DNA of 64,000 bases from a virus (Duplodnaviria > Caudoviricetes): the IMG/VR virus record IMGVR_UViG_3300029288_000123, positions 27,136 to 91,135 of that record. The stretch is one strand, 5' to 3'. Positions 42,031 through 52,117 of the stretch are shown piece after piece (within the stretch, counting starts at the first letter, position 1; every line of letters begins with the position of its first letter). The position numbers and the translations under genes are program-made. A model generated the notes under the pieces. That model made no database searches, was not told the DNA's origin, and saw nothing but the letters and a program-made list of their open reading frames with translations.

Positions 42031-44059
42031 TTGGTTTTCCTTCTTCGGTTTCAGCAAGAAGTTCGTTTATAAGTTTTTCTTGTTTACTTAAAACCTCTAG
42101 TTTCTTTATTTCAAGTAATTCAGCTACATCTAATTCCTCTAAACTGCTTTTAACTTCTGTTGCTTTTTTCTTAACCCATTTATCTCCTGATTTTTTATAG
42201 GTTAATTTTACTACATACCAAGCGGTTTTGCGTGCAGAGTCATCATCTTGATTCTTTTTATAATTCTCATTAAATGTTTTTAACCATAATTTTTGAGCAG
42301 GAGCGGGTAAAACGTTTTTCACATTATCAGGTAAATCTCTTATTTTATTATAAGGAGCACTTTCTAAACCCTCTTGATTTGCAAAAATAATTTCTTGTTC
42401 GTAATAAGATTGCATTTTTCTGTTCGTAAGTTTTAATGCTATAACACAATCGTGTGATTTTATTGCCTGATTAAAAAATTCACGAAATAATGTCTGTTCT
42501 TCTTCTGTCAACTCTTGTTTTATTCTATTAGGTAACTCTGAATTAGTTTCCCAAGGTGCATTAGCCATTTCTTCTTCGGACATATTGAAATTCTTTTTCT
42601 CTATTGATGTTTTAGTAGTATCTGTTTTTTCATCTTTTTGAATATTCTTTTTAGCGTCGGGGTCTTTTTCATTATTTTGAATAACAGGAGGATAAAGAAT
42701 ATCATTTATACCAGATACATCTTCGGCTTCTCTTCGCCTGATTTCTATTGAAGAACTAGCAGGTGTGCAAATTTCAGTATAAGTTTCTTTAGATAACATC
42801 CCTCTATCATATGCAGACCTAATATGGTCAAGTAAATCTTTAGTTAAAAACGCTTTTACAGGACGAGAATATACTTTTACATCACTATTCATAAATTTAA
42901 TATGTTTATCTTTATTTTTTTCTTTGATAACTTCAACAACATCTATTAACAAGTTTTCAAAATCCGAAATTCCATTTTCAATCTCTGTAATAAAAGGTTT
43001 TGGTGAAAAAATTGCTTCTTTTCTGCTTGTTCCCACGCCCTCTAAAATCTCAATTAATCCTAATCCACCTAAAATATTTCTCTCATATGTTACCCTTAAA
43101 TCGTGTTTTAATATTTTTTCATACTCTGGAATAATGTGAGAAAAATCAGTATCAAACTGAGTAACATTTACAGGCGAAGATTTAGAATTAGCACTCTCTC
43201 CCATTACATTCTGAAATCTCTCTTTAATATCTTTTAATTTTGGTTCGTCATATGCTATATTACCATCAAGAAAAAGTCTTTCAGTTCCTTTTTTTATCAT
43301 AGCAAAATACTCAATAGCTTTACTTACTAAACTTCCGCTTTTATTCTCTATTAACTCAATCATTTTCATATTTTTATATAGACCACGCAAAATCAAAAAC
43401 GGGACAGTATATTCATCTGTCCATCCCGAAAAGGGTTTCTGAACAAAAATTTCTTCTTTTATTCCCGCTTTGTAATTAGTAACAGGCAAGTTTATCCTAT
43501 CGTCTTTATTATCTCTACTTTTTCCTACTTGAAGAGCATATGTTTCCGCTCCAATAATTTTTTTATCATTATCAGCGGAATCAACAATAATATCTTCTCC
43601 GGCAACAAACCACATACGATTAGGTAAAAAATATTCTGCTCTATCAATAGTTTGCTCTGACCATAAACTACGAAGTAAACATAAAGATGACCCTTTCCAT
43701 CTTTCACGAGCATATTCACCAGATAAAGATTTAATTCCTACTGGTATCTTTCCTCTCAGGGGAGCGTTAATATTTTGTAACCAATTATTTAAAACCTTAT
43801 CAAAATTAGAGTTTCCTGTTTCTATAACATATTCAGTTTTAAAAGTTCCAATAGCAAAATCTAACATAGTATTTACTAATCCAGTAAAATCATTTCGTAA
43901 AAGTTTTTTTGTCTCTACAACACTGTTATAATAACCGTCAGGCATAACAATAGCGTTGCTGGAAATCGTACTTACTAATTCATATAACAACCGAAAAATA
44001 GAATTTTTCGATAAAGCATTAATAGTATTTCTTTCTGGCTTGACCATTTTTTCCCTCAC
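42014..44059 (-). CDS. portal protein with C-terminal tandem ChaB-like domains
   Basis: Directly downstream of TerL; C-terminal PY...DLP..VK..LP..AQ..W...FN......A...AW..VK..YKK.G.KW. Confidence 0.72.
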   Translation of the reverse strand: MREKMVKPERNTINALSKNSIFRLLYELVSTISSNAIVMPDGYYNSVVETKKLLRNDFTGLVNTMLDFAIGTFKTEYVIETGNSNFDKVLNNWLQNINAPLRGKIPVGIKSLSGEYARERWKGSSLCLLRSLWSEQTIDRAEYFLPNRMWFVAGEDIIVDSADNDKKIIGAETYALQVGKSRDNKDDRINLPVTNYKAGIKEEIFVQKPFSGWTDEYTVPFLILRGLYKNMKMIELIENKSGSLVSKAIEYFAMIKKGTERLFLDGNIAYDEPKLKDIKERFQNVMGESANSKSSPVNVTQFDTDFSHIIPEYEKILKHDLRVTYERNILGGLGLIEILEGVGTSRKEAIFSPKPFITEIENGISDFENLLIDVVEVIKEKNKDKHIKFMNSDVKVYSRPVKAFLTKDLLDHIRSAYDRGMLSKETYTEICTPASSSIEIRRREAEDVSGINDILYPPVIQNNEKDPDAKKNIQKDEKTDTTKTSIEKKNFNMSEEEMANAPWETNSELPNRIKQELTEEEQTLFREFFNQAIKSHDCVIALKLTNRKMQSYYEQEIIFANQEGLESAPYNKIRDLPDNVKNVLPAPAQKLWLKTFNENYKKNQDDDSARKTAWYVVKLTYKKSGDKWVKKKATEVKSSLEELDVAELLEIKKLEVLSKQEKLINELLAETEEGKPNETSE

Positions 44060-44062
44060 TTA

Positions 44063-46093
44063 TTATACTATACCACCAAAATAATTGGTTTTATCAATTT
44101 TTTTATTTATCGTTCTCTGATGCTCCCATTCACTTAAAGACCATACCTTAAAACAATCAAATAAATGGTCTTCAGTAACAGAATAACATTCAAATACTGT
44201 TCTAGCACCAAGTTGTTTTGCTACCACACTCCCTAATTGTTCTAATAATTTATAATCTTGTGGCAACTCTATTTTTCCGTTATATAAAATTTCTATCAAA
44301 TGACGAACAGAAAATTCACTGTGAAACTCTTCTTCATAAACAGGAGAATTATTTTCTAATACTAAATTTCCTTTCTCGTCTTTTAATAAATCTACTTTAA
44401 CTTTTAAATTTCCTTGATACCAGACAAGTTCTCTGTCTTTTGCAAAAATCTCTTCTAAATCTCTATATAAATCTCTTCCCAAACCATCACCGCAATCTAT
44501 TGCAATGACATTTATTTCTAATCTATAAATCAAAAATTTAAGAATTTCTAAAATTTCTTTTCGAGTTAATTGATACAACGAAATATTATACAAATACTTA
44601 TATTTATCATTAACTTTAGAAACAATTATTATTTCGCTAATATTTTCTCCAACATCTATCGCCAAATCCATTCGCTCAGTATTATTTGGCTTATCAACAA
44701 TTAAATCTGTTTTAAATTTAAAATAAGTCTCTTTAGAAACTTCTAAATTTTTTATTTCTTTGCTTTTATCTACACAATTATCTTCGACTCTCTGCATATC
44801 TATAGCATACATTGCGTCTACAACCGGCTCACCTAAAACAAAAACTCTAAATGAAGGAGAATTTTCTCCTGAATGTTTTTCTACAGCTCTTTTATGAGAA
44901 CGCTCATTCCATTCTGGCGATATAAAAGAAGGATAATTAACAACTTGAGATTTGTTTGCGGAATTATAAAATACTTTTCCGGCAGGAGAAAGTTTTACAA
45001 AATTCGCCATGCCAGAAAGCCTCTCAATGCAATTATGAACTATAAAACCATTAGCGATAAAATTACCGGTTTTTGTTGTTAAATCATAAACCTGTTCTTG
45101 TTTTTTAAACCCGTCTAATTGAACCAAATTCGGTTTTCTTTGCAAATTATATTCTTGGTCGCCCTCAATATAATTAAGGGTTTGAGTAAGATATGAAGTA
45201 ATAGAACATCTAACAGCCTCTCTCCATTTATAACATGCATCTCCTTCACTCTGACATCGTATTTTATGGTCAGGAGTAAGCCATAATTGATTCTTACCAC
45301 ATTTAATCCGAATAATATCTTTCTTACCTTGATTCATAAAATTTGTAACTAAAGTAGGAATAATAGATTTGCTTTTTTCATCATAACCTAAAATTTTATC
45401 TCCAATTTTTATATCCTCAATGTTTTTAGTCAAAAAATTTGATAATAAAACTTTTGAGCCTTGTGCAATACATCCTACCTCATGGTGAGATTCTCGTCTA
45501 TATTCATTAACTCTTTCTGTTTCTTTAGATGCTTCTTCTAAATACATCTTTTTTGTATGAAAACCAAAAAAATTGGCTCCTTCATTATTAGAATTAACAT
45601 TCATATTAAGCCCGTGCATTACGTGTCCGTTCCTTGCTCTTATTACATAAGGATTTCGTTTAACTTTAACTTGAAACATTTTAAAAAAAGGATGATGAAT
45701 TAAAGGCTCAATAACTTTTTCTAATAATTGTTGAACATGCAAATGGTCATAAGAAGAAACTATCACTTCCCAACCATCATGAAGCAACAATGAAATCATC
45801 ATATCTAAAATCAGTGCGACTTTGCTTTTGCCGGTTAATCGCCCGCCAAAATTGTAAATAGTTCCTGCACCTTCCAACAACTTGAAATTTTCACTCTCGG
45901 ATAATTTAGGATTATGAGCAACGGAATATTCATAAGATAAAAACATCAACTGATAAGTTCTAAGATGTAAATATTTATCTTCGTCCCAATTAGATAAATT
46001 ATCTATATCAGAAAATAAACACTCTGACAAAGCAACGGGGTCAAATAAACATTCACAAAATTCAATTTCTTCTTCAGAAACTGTAGTTATCAT
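44063..46093 (-). CDS. terL: terminase large subunit containing an intein
   Basis: Walker A GGRLTGKS, Walker B MYLEE, nuclease LAIDVG, IAID and DHLFD motifs. Confidence 0.88.
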   Translation of the reverse strand: MITTVSEEEIEFCECLFDPVALSECLFSDIDNLSNWDEDKYLHLRTYQLMFLSYEYSVAHNPKLSESENFKLLEGAGTIYNFGGRLTGKSKVALILDMMISLLLHDGWEVIVSSYDHLHVQQLLEKVIEPLIHHPFFKMFQVKVKRNPYVIRARNGHVMHGLNMNVNSNNEGANFFGFHTKKMYLEEASKETERVNEYRRESHHEVGCIAQGSKVLLSNFLTKNIEDIKIGDKILGYDEKSKSIIPTLVTNFMNQGKKDIIRIKCGKNQLWLTPDHKIRCQSEGDACYKWREAVRCSITSYLTQTLNYIEGDQEYNLQRKPNLVQLDGFKKQEQVYDLTTKTGNFIANGFIVHNCIERLSGMANFVKLSPAGKVFYNSANKSQVVNYPSFISPEWNERSHKRAVEKHSGENSPSFRVFVLGEPVVDAMYAIDMQRVEDNCVDKSKEIKNLEVSKETYFKFKTDLIVDKPNNTERMDLAIDVGENISEIIIVSKVNDKYKYLYNISLYQLTRKEILEILKFLIYRLEINVIAIDCGDGLGRDLYRDLEEIFAKDRELVWYQGNLKVKVDLLKDEKGNLVLENNSPVYEEEFHSEFSVRHLIEILYNGKIELPQDYKLLEQLGSVVAKQLGARTVFECYSVTEDHLFDCFKVWSLSEWEHQRTINKKIDKTNYFGGIV
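45032..45472 (-). mobile_element. mini-intein (147 aa) in TerL
   Basis: Starts CIAQGSKV, block B LTPDH, ends VYDL...NFIANGFIVHN followed by Cys; no LAGLIDADG motif. Confidence 0.93.
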
Positions 46094-46890
46094 TGAAATT
46101 TAATCGTTTCTATGTTTTCTTCGGGATAGGTTATTTGAGTGTTATCTGGTAACTTTAAAGATTCTACTGTTTGTTTTGTGTGTTTTAAAATCCAATCTAT
46201 AGTATAAACAGATGTATCTAAAATATCCGCTACATCTTTTTTAGTAATTTTTCCTTCGCCTAATAATCGAAGAAGCGTAGGATTTGTAAGCGTTCGTTCA
46301 TCATCAAAAAAAGGATGCTTTTTAACATCGTATTTGTCGGTTCTAAACATCCACAAAACGGGTTTACTACAATGAGGGCATACTTTTGTGAAGCTCCCCT
46401 GATTACGTTGAACATAATTAAGAAACCGTTTCTTTAATAACTGAAGAGCTTTAAGAGCATCGTTTTCTTGTTCTTCTTTTTTATCTAATCCTAAACAACT
46501 TTTTAATCTACTAATTTCTAAAGTAATTTTTTGCAATCCTTCCATTAATCCTTTAGAAGGAATCATAGCATCGGCTGAATGTTGTTTATTAATTTCCTCT
46601 TGATAACGCTTCGCTAAAATCTCATAAAAAATAACCTGTCTTAAATCTTGTTTTTCAGATATATTTTCTATAGTATTTTGTTCTAAATACTTGTTTCGTA
46701 AAGCCTTGGCAAGCTTTTTATCTTTATTATCTGTAAACAAATCATCAATATCAAAATCTTTATCAAACTTACTTAATGCTATTTTTTCTTTAACTTTTTT
46801 TAATAACTCCTCATCAGATAAAGAGTTATAATTCTTTAAGTTTCGATATTGAGCAAACATTTTTTGCTCTTTATCATTCATTTCGACCAT
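46090..46890 (-). CDS. putative terminase small subunit
   Basis: Upstream of TerL; helical, CPHC, C-terminal HTH-like segment; ATG 46890 has a GGGGG SD. Confidence 0.5.
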   Translation of the reverse strand: MVEMNDKEQKMFAQYRNLKNYNSLSDEELLKKVKEKIALSKFDKDFDIDDLFTDNKDKKLAKALRNKYLEQNTIENISEKQDLRQVIFYEILAKRYQEEINKQHSADAMIPSKGLMEGLQKITLEISRLKSCLGLDKKEEQENDALKALQLLKKRFLNYVQRNQGSFTKVCPHCSKPVLWMFRTDKYDVKKHPFFDDERTLTNPTLLRLLGEGKITKKDVADILDTSVYTIDWILKHTKQTVESLKLPDNTQITYPEENIETIKFQ

Positions 46891-46901
46891 ACAAATCCCC
46901 C

Positions 46902-46941
46902 AAATAAAAAAAGCTCCTGATATTAACCATATCAAGAGCTT
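46902..46941 (-). terminator. intrinsic terminator in the leader of the late operon
   Basis: 13-bp stem AAGCUCUUGAUAU/AUAUCAGGAGCUU followed by UUUUUAUUU. Confidence 0.75.
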
Positions 46942-47167
46942 ACAGTATAAAACGCACAATATACTAAAAAATAATCAGTTCATACCCCTCTATACTATAT
47001 ATAACGGTTTTTGCCTCAATTTCAATTGTTTATTTTTCTGTTTTTTATAACTTGTTTATATATAAAGAATTACAATTAAAATATTTTTCCTAAAAATGTA
47101 ACTTTTTAAAAACCTATCCCCCATCAAAAAAGTCTTTTTTATAAAATATTCGGGTTTTATATTTTTA

Positions 47168-48792
47168 TTATTTCACCTCTCCTTTCGGTAACACCCTATC
47201 AAGGGCTTCGTGGACTGCTCCTATTGCTGTGTTATGACCATATTTTATCCAACCCTCTACTGTCCTACTTCCAAGACCACTATTATTTTCAAGTTCTTTT
47301 TTGGTTAGATATACAATGTGGTCTTTTTTCTCCGGCAACTCTTTCTCTATCTCTTGCCGGATAGAGGCGAGTTTCTGCTTAAGTTCCTTATTCTCTTTGA
47401 TAGCCGAGATAGCGTGGCATAAGGCGTAGTGTTTTTCTCCTTTGATAACAATACCATTTCTACAACCAGTATAATCTTCAAGCATTTCCTTCAACACCTC
47501 AACGTGCTTCTGTATGTCTTTCATTTATTTCTCCTCTTTGGGGTTTAATAGTCTAAATTTCTTCTCAATGCTTCATCGCAAAGGTTGTTGTATATTGGTA
47601 TTTCTTCGCTGGGGTCAATACCATTATAAGTTAAGTCCAGCAAAGCATCTTCAACATTTTGTAATGCCTGCTCTCCGTGTAAAAATCTTCCTGCTTCGCA
47701 ACATCCAATAATAGATTCTTGTGTTAACCTATCTATACACCTCTCAAGCATTTTTATAGTATTTATTAAATGAGTATCCGACATATCGCAGATACGAATT
47801 TTATCTCCGGTTTTCGTTGTCCAAAGTTTTGTTTGTTTCCTCATCCCTACTCCTCTTTGGGGGTTAGCTTCTATAAAATTCCGTATTATCATTAACTTGT
47901 TTGTCATCAGTTATAGTTACAACTGGATTACCTTCTGGCTTAATTCTGATTTCTGAAAATTTACTGACAAGCATAAACGATGCACTACTATTTGTGGATA
48001 TTAGATAAGTTCCGTCCCAAACCCATTCTGCTTTGTGGTAGTCAACAAATTTACCGACGTTAAGATTTAATGTTAAAAGATATGCTTGCCTTCCAATATT
48101 CTGTTAAGTTCTTTTACTGAACATTTTTTTAAAATATTTGTTAAATTCATTTTTTCGCTCCGTCAATACATTCTTTTATCTTACATTTCGAACAAACAGT
48201 CATAGCATCATTATTAGTCATAAAAGTATCAACTTCTATTGTTGAACCGCAAATTTCACAAATACCAAAACTTAAAAACTCAATAAACTCTACAATAGAT
48301 TGAATTCCATTGGGATAATCCGATAACCTGATTTTTAATCTCCCGTTTTGTTTTTTAATTACAAGAAAATTTATATATGGATACTGAGTTAAAATATACC
48401 AACAAAAAGTATCAATTAACAGTAACCATCCATCATTACATTTTATACCGTTTTCCAACACCGAAAACATTTCTCTATACTTATCATACAAATAATCAAT
48501 ATTTTTCTTATTCATTCCCAAAATCTCCTTCTGTAAATAACGGCGTTGTTCCATTATACATTATTAAATGATAAATAAGCTGTCTCTCAGTATCATTACA
48601 TTTATATTTTTTACAAATCTCATCTATAATCTCTAACTGTCTATCTGCATTTAAAATATAATTACTTTGCCACCCAAAAAAATTAGTGACACCATACTCT
48701 TTTAGTTTATAATAATCTACTGGCGGTATACTCTCTGCAAACATATTCTGATAAATTTCTTCTACAATTTCTTTTCTTCTCTTGATGTTCAT
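47168..48792 (-). other. small hypothetical genes (47168-47524, 47545-47843, 48147-48515, 48508-48792)
   Basis: ORFs with SDs; 47545 has a W.TK.G..I.I..M...HL.N motif. Confidence 0.6.
47864..48150 (-). pseudogene. frameshifted ~95-codon ORF
   Basis: A 25-aa ORF stops at ATC TTT TAA; the -1 frame stays open to 47864. Confidence 0.45.
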
Positions 48793-48809
48793 ATTTTATC
48801 CTTTAGTAT

Positions 48810-48892
48810 AAAAGGCGGAAGCATTTTCAGTAAGGAGTGTGGTTTCATCTTTATCTATAACTATATCTTCTCAAAACTCAAATACTCCCGCC
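48810..48892 (-). terminator. large-loop stem with U-tail (terminator/sRNA-like)
   Basis: 13-bp stem with 2 G.U pairs, 53-nt loop, UUUU tail. Confidence 0.55.
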
Positions 48893-48897
48893 CTCAA

Positions 48898-49671
48898 TTA
48901 AAATTCTTTTATAAAATTAGTTGTTATAGGAATTTCTTTTTTCCACTGTAAAAGTCTTAAATTTTGTTCTTTGTTTTTACCTCTTGTTTTTAATTTGTGA
49001 GATAACCACGCCGTTAAATAATTATATAAATCCCAAACGGTGTTGTGTTTTTCAGCAACTTTGAATCCCTCAAAAAGTTGTTCTTTTTCTCTGTTCCCAA
49101 AAAATTTCTTAAAAAACAATTCTACTCTATCTATAGATATTTCTGTTTCAGACCATTTCTTATAATTGACAATACAATTGCCAATATTATGAAGAATAAA
49201 TTTAATTTCATCCTTTATTTTGACCATTTCAACTGTCCCAATATGCTTAATACTAAAACTAAGCAATGTAGAAGGAACAACCATTCCATTAGAACAAACT
49301 AATCTCTCAGCAACTAATAGTGCCCCACATCTAGAAGTACCATCATAAGAATTAAATACTTCTATTCCGAATTTTACAATATCTCCAACCTTAATTTCTT
49401 CTTTATAATGAGTATCAGAGAAAAATTTACAAAACATAATAGCCCCGTTTTGACAAATCTTCAAAGAAGAATTATTCAAATATTCACTTTCTAAAACAGG
49501 TGCGACAATGTCTAAAAAATCACCGTGTTTAACTAATCTATATTTTTTAGTTTTTATTCCTAAACAAATATTTTTGTCGGGTCTCCAGATTGCCTGTGCT
49601 TCTGGAACTGGTAATCCACCATCAACAAAAACATTTCTTTCTTCTACAGGAAATCTTGCCTCTTCAAACAT
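48898..49671 (-). CDS. DUF932 family protein
   Basis: NSYDGTS, RLVCSNGM, IKH.G and TVWDLYN motifs. Confidence 0.85.
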   Translation of the reverse strand: MFEEARFPVEERNVFVDGGLPVPEAQAIWRPDKNICLGIKTKKYRLVKHGDFLDIVAPVLESEYLNNSSLKICQNGAIMFCKFFSDTHYKEEIKVGDIVKFGIEVFNSYDGTSRCGALLVAERLVCSNGMVVPSTLLSFSIKHIGTVEMVKIKDEIKFILHNIGNCIVNYKKWSETEISIDRVELFFKKFFGNREKEQLFEGFKVAEKHNTVWDLYNYLTAWLSHKLKTRGKNKEQNLRLLQWKKEIPITTNFIKEF

Positions 49672-49894
49672 TTTTATTCTCCTCGTTTTTCGTAGTTTTG
49701 AGAAAATTTTTAATTGCACATTTACAAGGCGTTCCTCTTCCTTCTATATCTATAGCTTTATATCCTCGACCATAACATTTTTTGCAACTTCTATCTTTAT
49801 ATTTATCAAACCATTTTAAAGGTCTGTTAAATGGTAACTTATTTGCTTTCAATAATTCTGCATATTCTTCATAAAAACTCATAATATTTCCTTT

Positions 49895-52117
49895 CTATCC
49901 TTTAATTACTGCTAAAGGTGTAAGTCTATGAACTATCTCTACTAAATCCTTCTGATTCTCCATTACTTCCTCAATATCCTTATATGCACCAGAAGCTTCA
50001 TCTAAATCTTTTGCAGTTCTTATAGAATGAACAATATCTTTATCATCGAGTTTTTTCTTTTCTGTTTCTAAATTAAGAGTCTTTCGTGCCTTACTTCTAC
50101 TCATAACTCTCCCTGCACCGTGAGAACAAGAACTAAAACTCTCAGGATTTCCTTTTCCTTCAACAATATAAGATTTAGTTCCCTGCGACCCAGCAATAAT
50201 ACCTATTTCTCCTTTCTTTGCGGAAGTAGCTCCTTTTCTATGAACTATAACATTTTGACCAAAATGATTCTCCCAACGAGCATAATTATGAGCAATATTT
50301 ATTGTTCTGTTATTTTCTTTGTCGTGTAAAAAATGACAAGCGTCCCCAAATTCTTCTTTAAAAATAGTCATTATTCTTTCCATCATTAGTTTCCTATTAG
50401 CTAGAGCAAATTCTACACAGTAATTCATTTCTAGCAAATATGCTTTTGCTTCTATTGTTTCTATAGGCAAGAAAGCCAATTCCCATTCTTTCGGAATAGA
50501 AGAAAACCACTTCTGGTTTAAATCTACTGCCAATTTATTATAATAATCAGCAACCTTAGACCCTAAATTTCTACTACCAGAATGAATCATTATCCAAATA
50601 TTATTTTCTTCGTCTTTTTGAATTTCTATAAAATGATTACCTCCTCCTAAAGTTCCTAATTGTTTTTGTGCGTTTTCAAATTGTTGAGGTATTATATTAT
50701 AATTATCAATAAATCTAGGAACAACATCTGTTCTTGTAGGTTGAAACTGACCATCAGAAGGCATCAATTCAAAATCTTGTTTCTCACTATGCCATTCAAA
50801 ACCAACAGGAATAACTTTTCGTATTTCACTCATTATTCTTTTAAGTAAATTAGTATTAATATCTGAAGTATTAAGAGAAGTTTTTACAGCACAAATACCG
50901 CAACCAATATCTTTCCCAACTGCATTAGGTATTACTACTCTATTTGTAGCTAATATTCCTCCAATTGGCATACCATAACCAGTATGAGAATTACCAGAAA
51001 CAAATGTTATTCCGTTCTGCCTTGCAATAAAATATCCAGAATTACAAGTAACACAAACTAGATTGCCGTTATATTTAACAATATTCTTACGAATAACTCC
51101 CTTATGTATTCCGTTGTTTGATTCTATCAATGTTTTATTTGGTATAGCATCAAGATAATTCATTTTAATTTTTTTATATCCTTCAGTATATCGAGCATTA
51201 TTTGACGCTATTCCGAAATGAATAGCAATTAATGCAGAAAGAAAATCAATATCTGATTGTCGAGAAGAATTATACCTAACATTACCATAATTTTGATATG
51301 CTGTCCAATCCCCGTCAACTTTAATACATTCTTCTAAAAATAATAAAGCTTGTCGTGTGCTTAAATTTTCGATTAAGTAATATGGATATGTTTTATGTTT
51401 TCCAAGTTTTTCTATAATTTTTTTACTTTCTGAAACCATTATACTTATTGTAGTTTGTTTCTTAGTTTTTTTATATGAATATTTAATATTTAAAGCTTTT
51501 AATAAACTAATAATCCTGTTAATTTTTCTTTGTTTTGTTAAACCGAATCTAATATTCATAGAGGAAAAATTACCATCTTTACGTTTATTAGATAATTTGA
51601 TATTTCCATCTCCAACAACCCAAGCAAACAAACATAACATTTCGTCTTTTATGTTAAAATCCGGTTGTTTATTACCCTTACCATTCCAAATAAAATCCTT
51701 AATTTCTGTAGAAACAGGAATATCTTTAGCTTTACACCCCATTTTATTTACGTATGGCATTTTATGATTTTCACTAACAATTATCTGTTTATCCATAATA
51801 CAGTTGGTAAAACTATAAATCTTTTCATTTTTATGTTTTAATCTATTAATAATATTAATCGGTTGTTTAAAAAAGACTTTTCCAGAATTAATATCATAAT
51901 TTGCAATTAACATATTTTTAGTTAATTTAGTAATATTAATAAAACCATTGGTAGTTAATATTTCTGTATTATCTGCAAGACAATCTGGCATCAATGCTAT
52001 ATGCTTTATTGCAAAAGGAAGTTTTGATAAATTATATGCTTGTTTCAATGCCTCTTCTTCTGGTTCACACCATAATTTAATTGGTAAAGCATTATTTTGT
52101 TTTTCTACTCTTAACAT
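49895..52117 (-). CDS. rtcB: RtcB RNA ligase containing an intein
   Basis: MPD/SHTGYGMPIG, DIGCG, GGGNHFIE, HSGSR, HN, HRKGA and SHGAGR motifs. Confidence 0.95.
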   Translation of the reverse strand: MLRVEKQNNALPIKLWCEPEEEALKQAYNLSKLPFAIKHIALMPDCLADNTEILTTNGFINITKLTKNMLIANYDINSGKVFFKQPINIINRLKHKNEKIYSFTNCIMDKQIIVSENHKMPYVNKMGCKAKDIPVSTEIKDFIWNGKGNKQPDFNIKDEMLCLFAWVVGDGNIKLSNKRKDGNFSSMNIRFGLTKQRKINRIISLLKALNIKYSYKKTKKQTTISIMVSESKKIIEKLGKHKTYPYYLIENLSTRQALLFLEECIKVDGDWTAYQNYGNVRYNSSRQSDIDFLSALIAIHFGIASNNARYTEGYKKIKMNYLDAIPNKTLIESNNGIHKGVIRKNIVKYNGNLVCVTCNSGYFIARQNGITFVSGNSHTGYGMPIGGILATNRVVIPNAVGKDIGCGICAVKTSLNTSDINTNLLKRIMSEIRKVIPVGFEWHSEKQDFELMPSDGQFQPTRTDVVPRFIDNYNIIPQQFENAQKQLGTLGGGNHFIEIQKDEENNIWIMIHSGSRNLGSKVADYYNKLAVDLNQKWFSSIPKEWELAFLPIETIEAKAYLLEMNYCVEFALANRKLMMERIMTIFKEEFGDACHFLHDKENNRTINIAHNYARWENHFGQNVIVHRKGATSAKKGEIGIIAGSQGTKSYIVEGKGNPESFSSCSHGAGRVMSRSKARKTLNLETEKKKLDDKDIVHSIRTAKDLDEASGAYKDIEEVMENQKDLVEIVHRLTPLAVIKG
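50990..51982 (-). mobile_element. intein (331 aa) with LAGLIDADG homing endonuclease in RtcB
   Basis: CLADNTEILT start, SENH block B, FAWVVGDG and ECIKVDG motifs, ends FVSGN followed by Ser. Confidence 0.92.

Noticed and set aside
46891-46959. Hydrophobic N-terminal extension of the TerS-like ORF
   Set aside because: It overlaps a terminator hairpin; the SD-supported start is 46890
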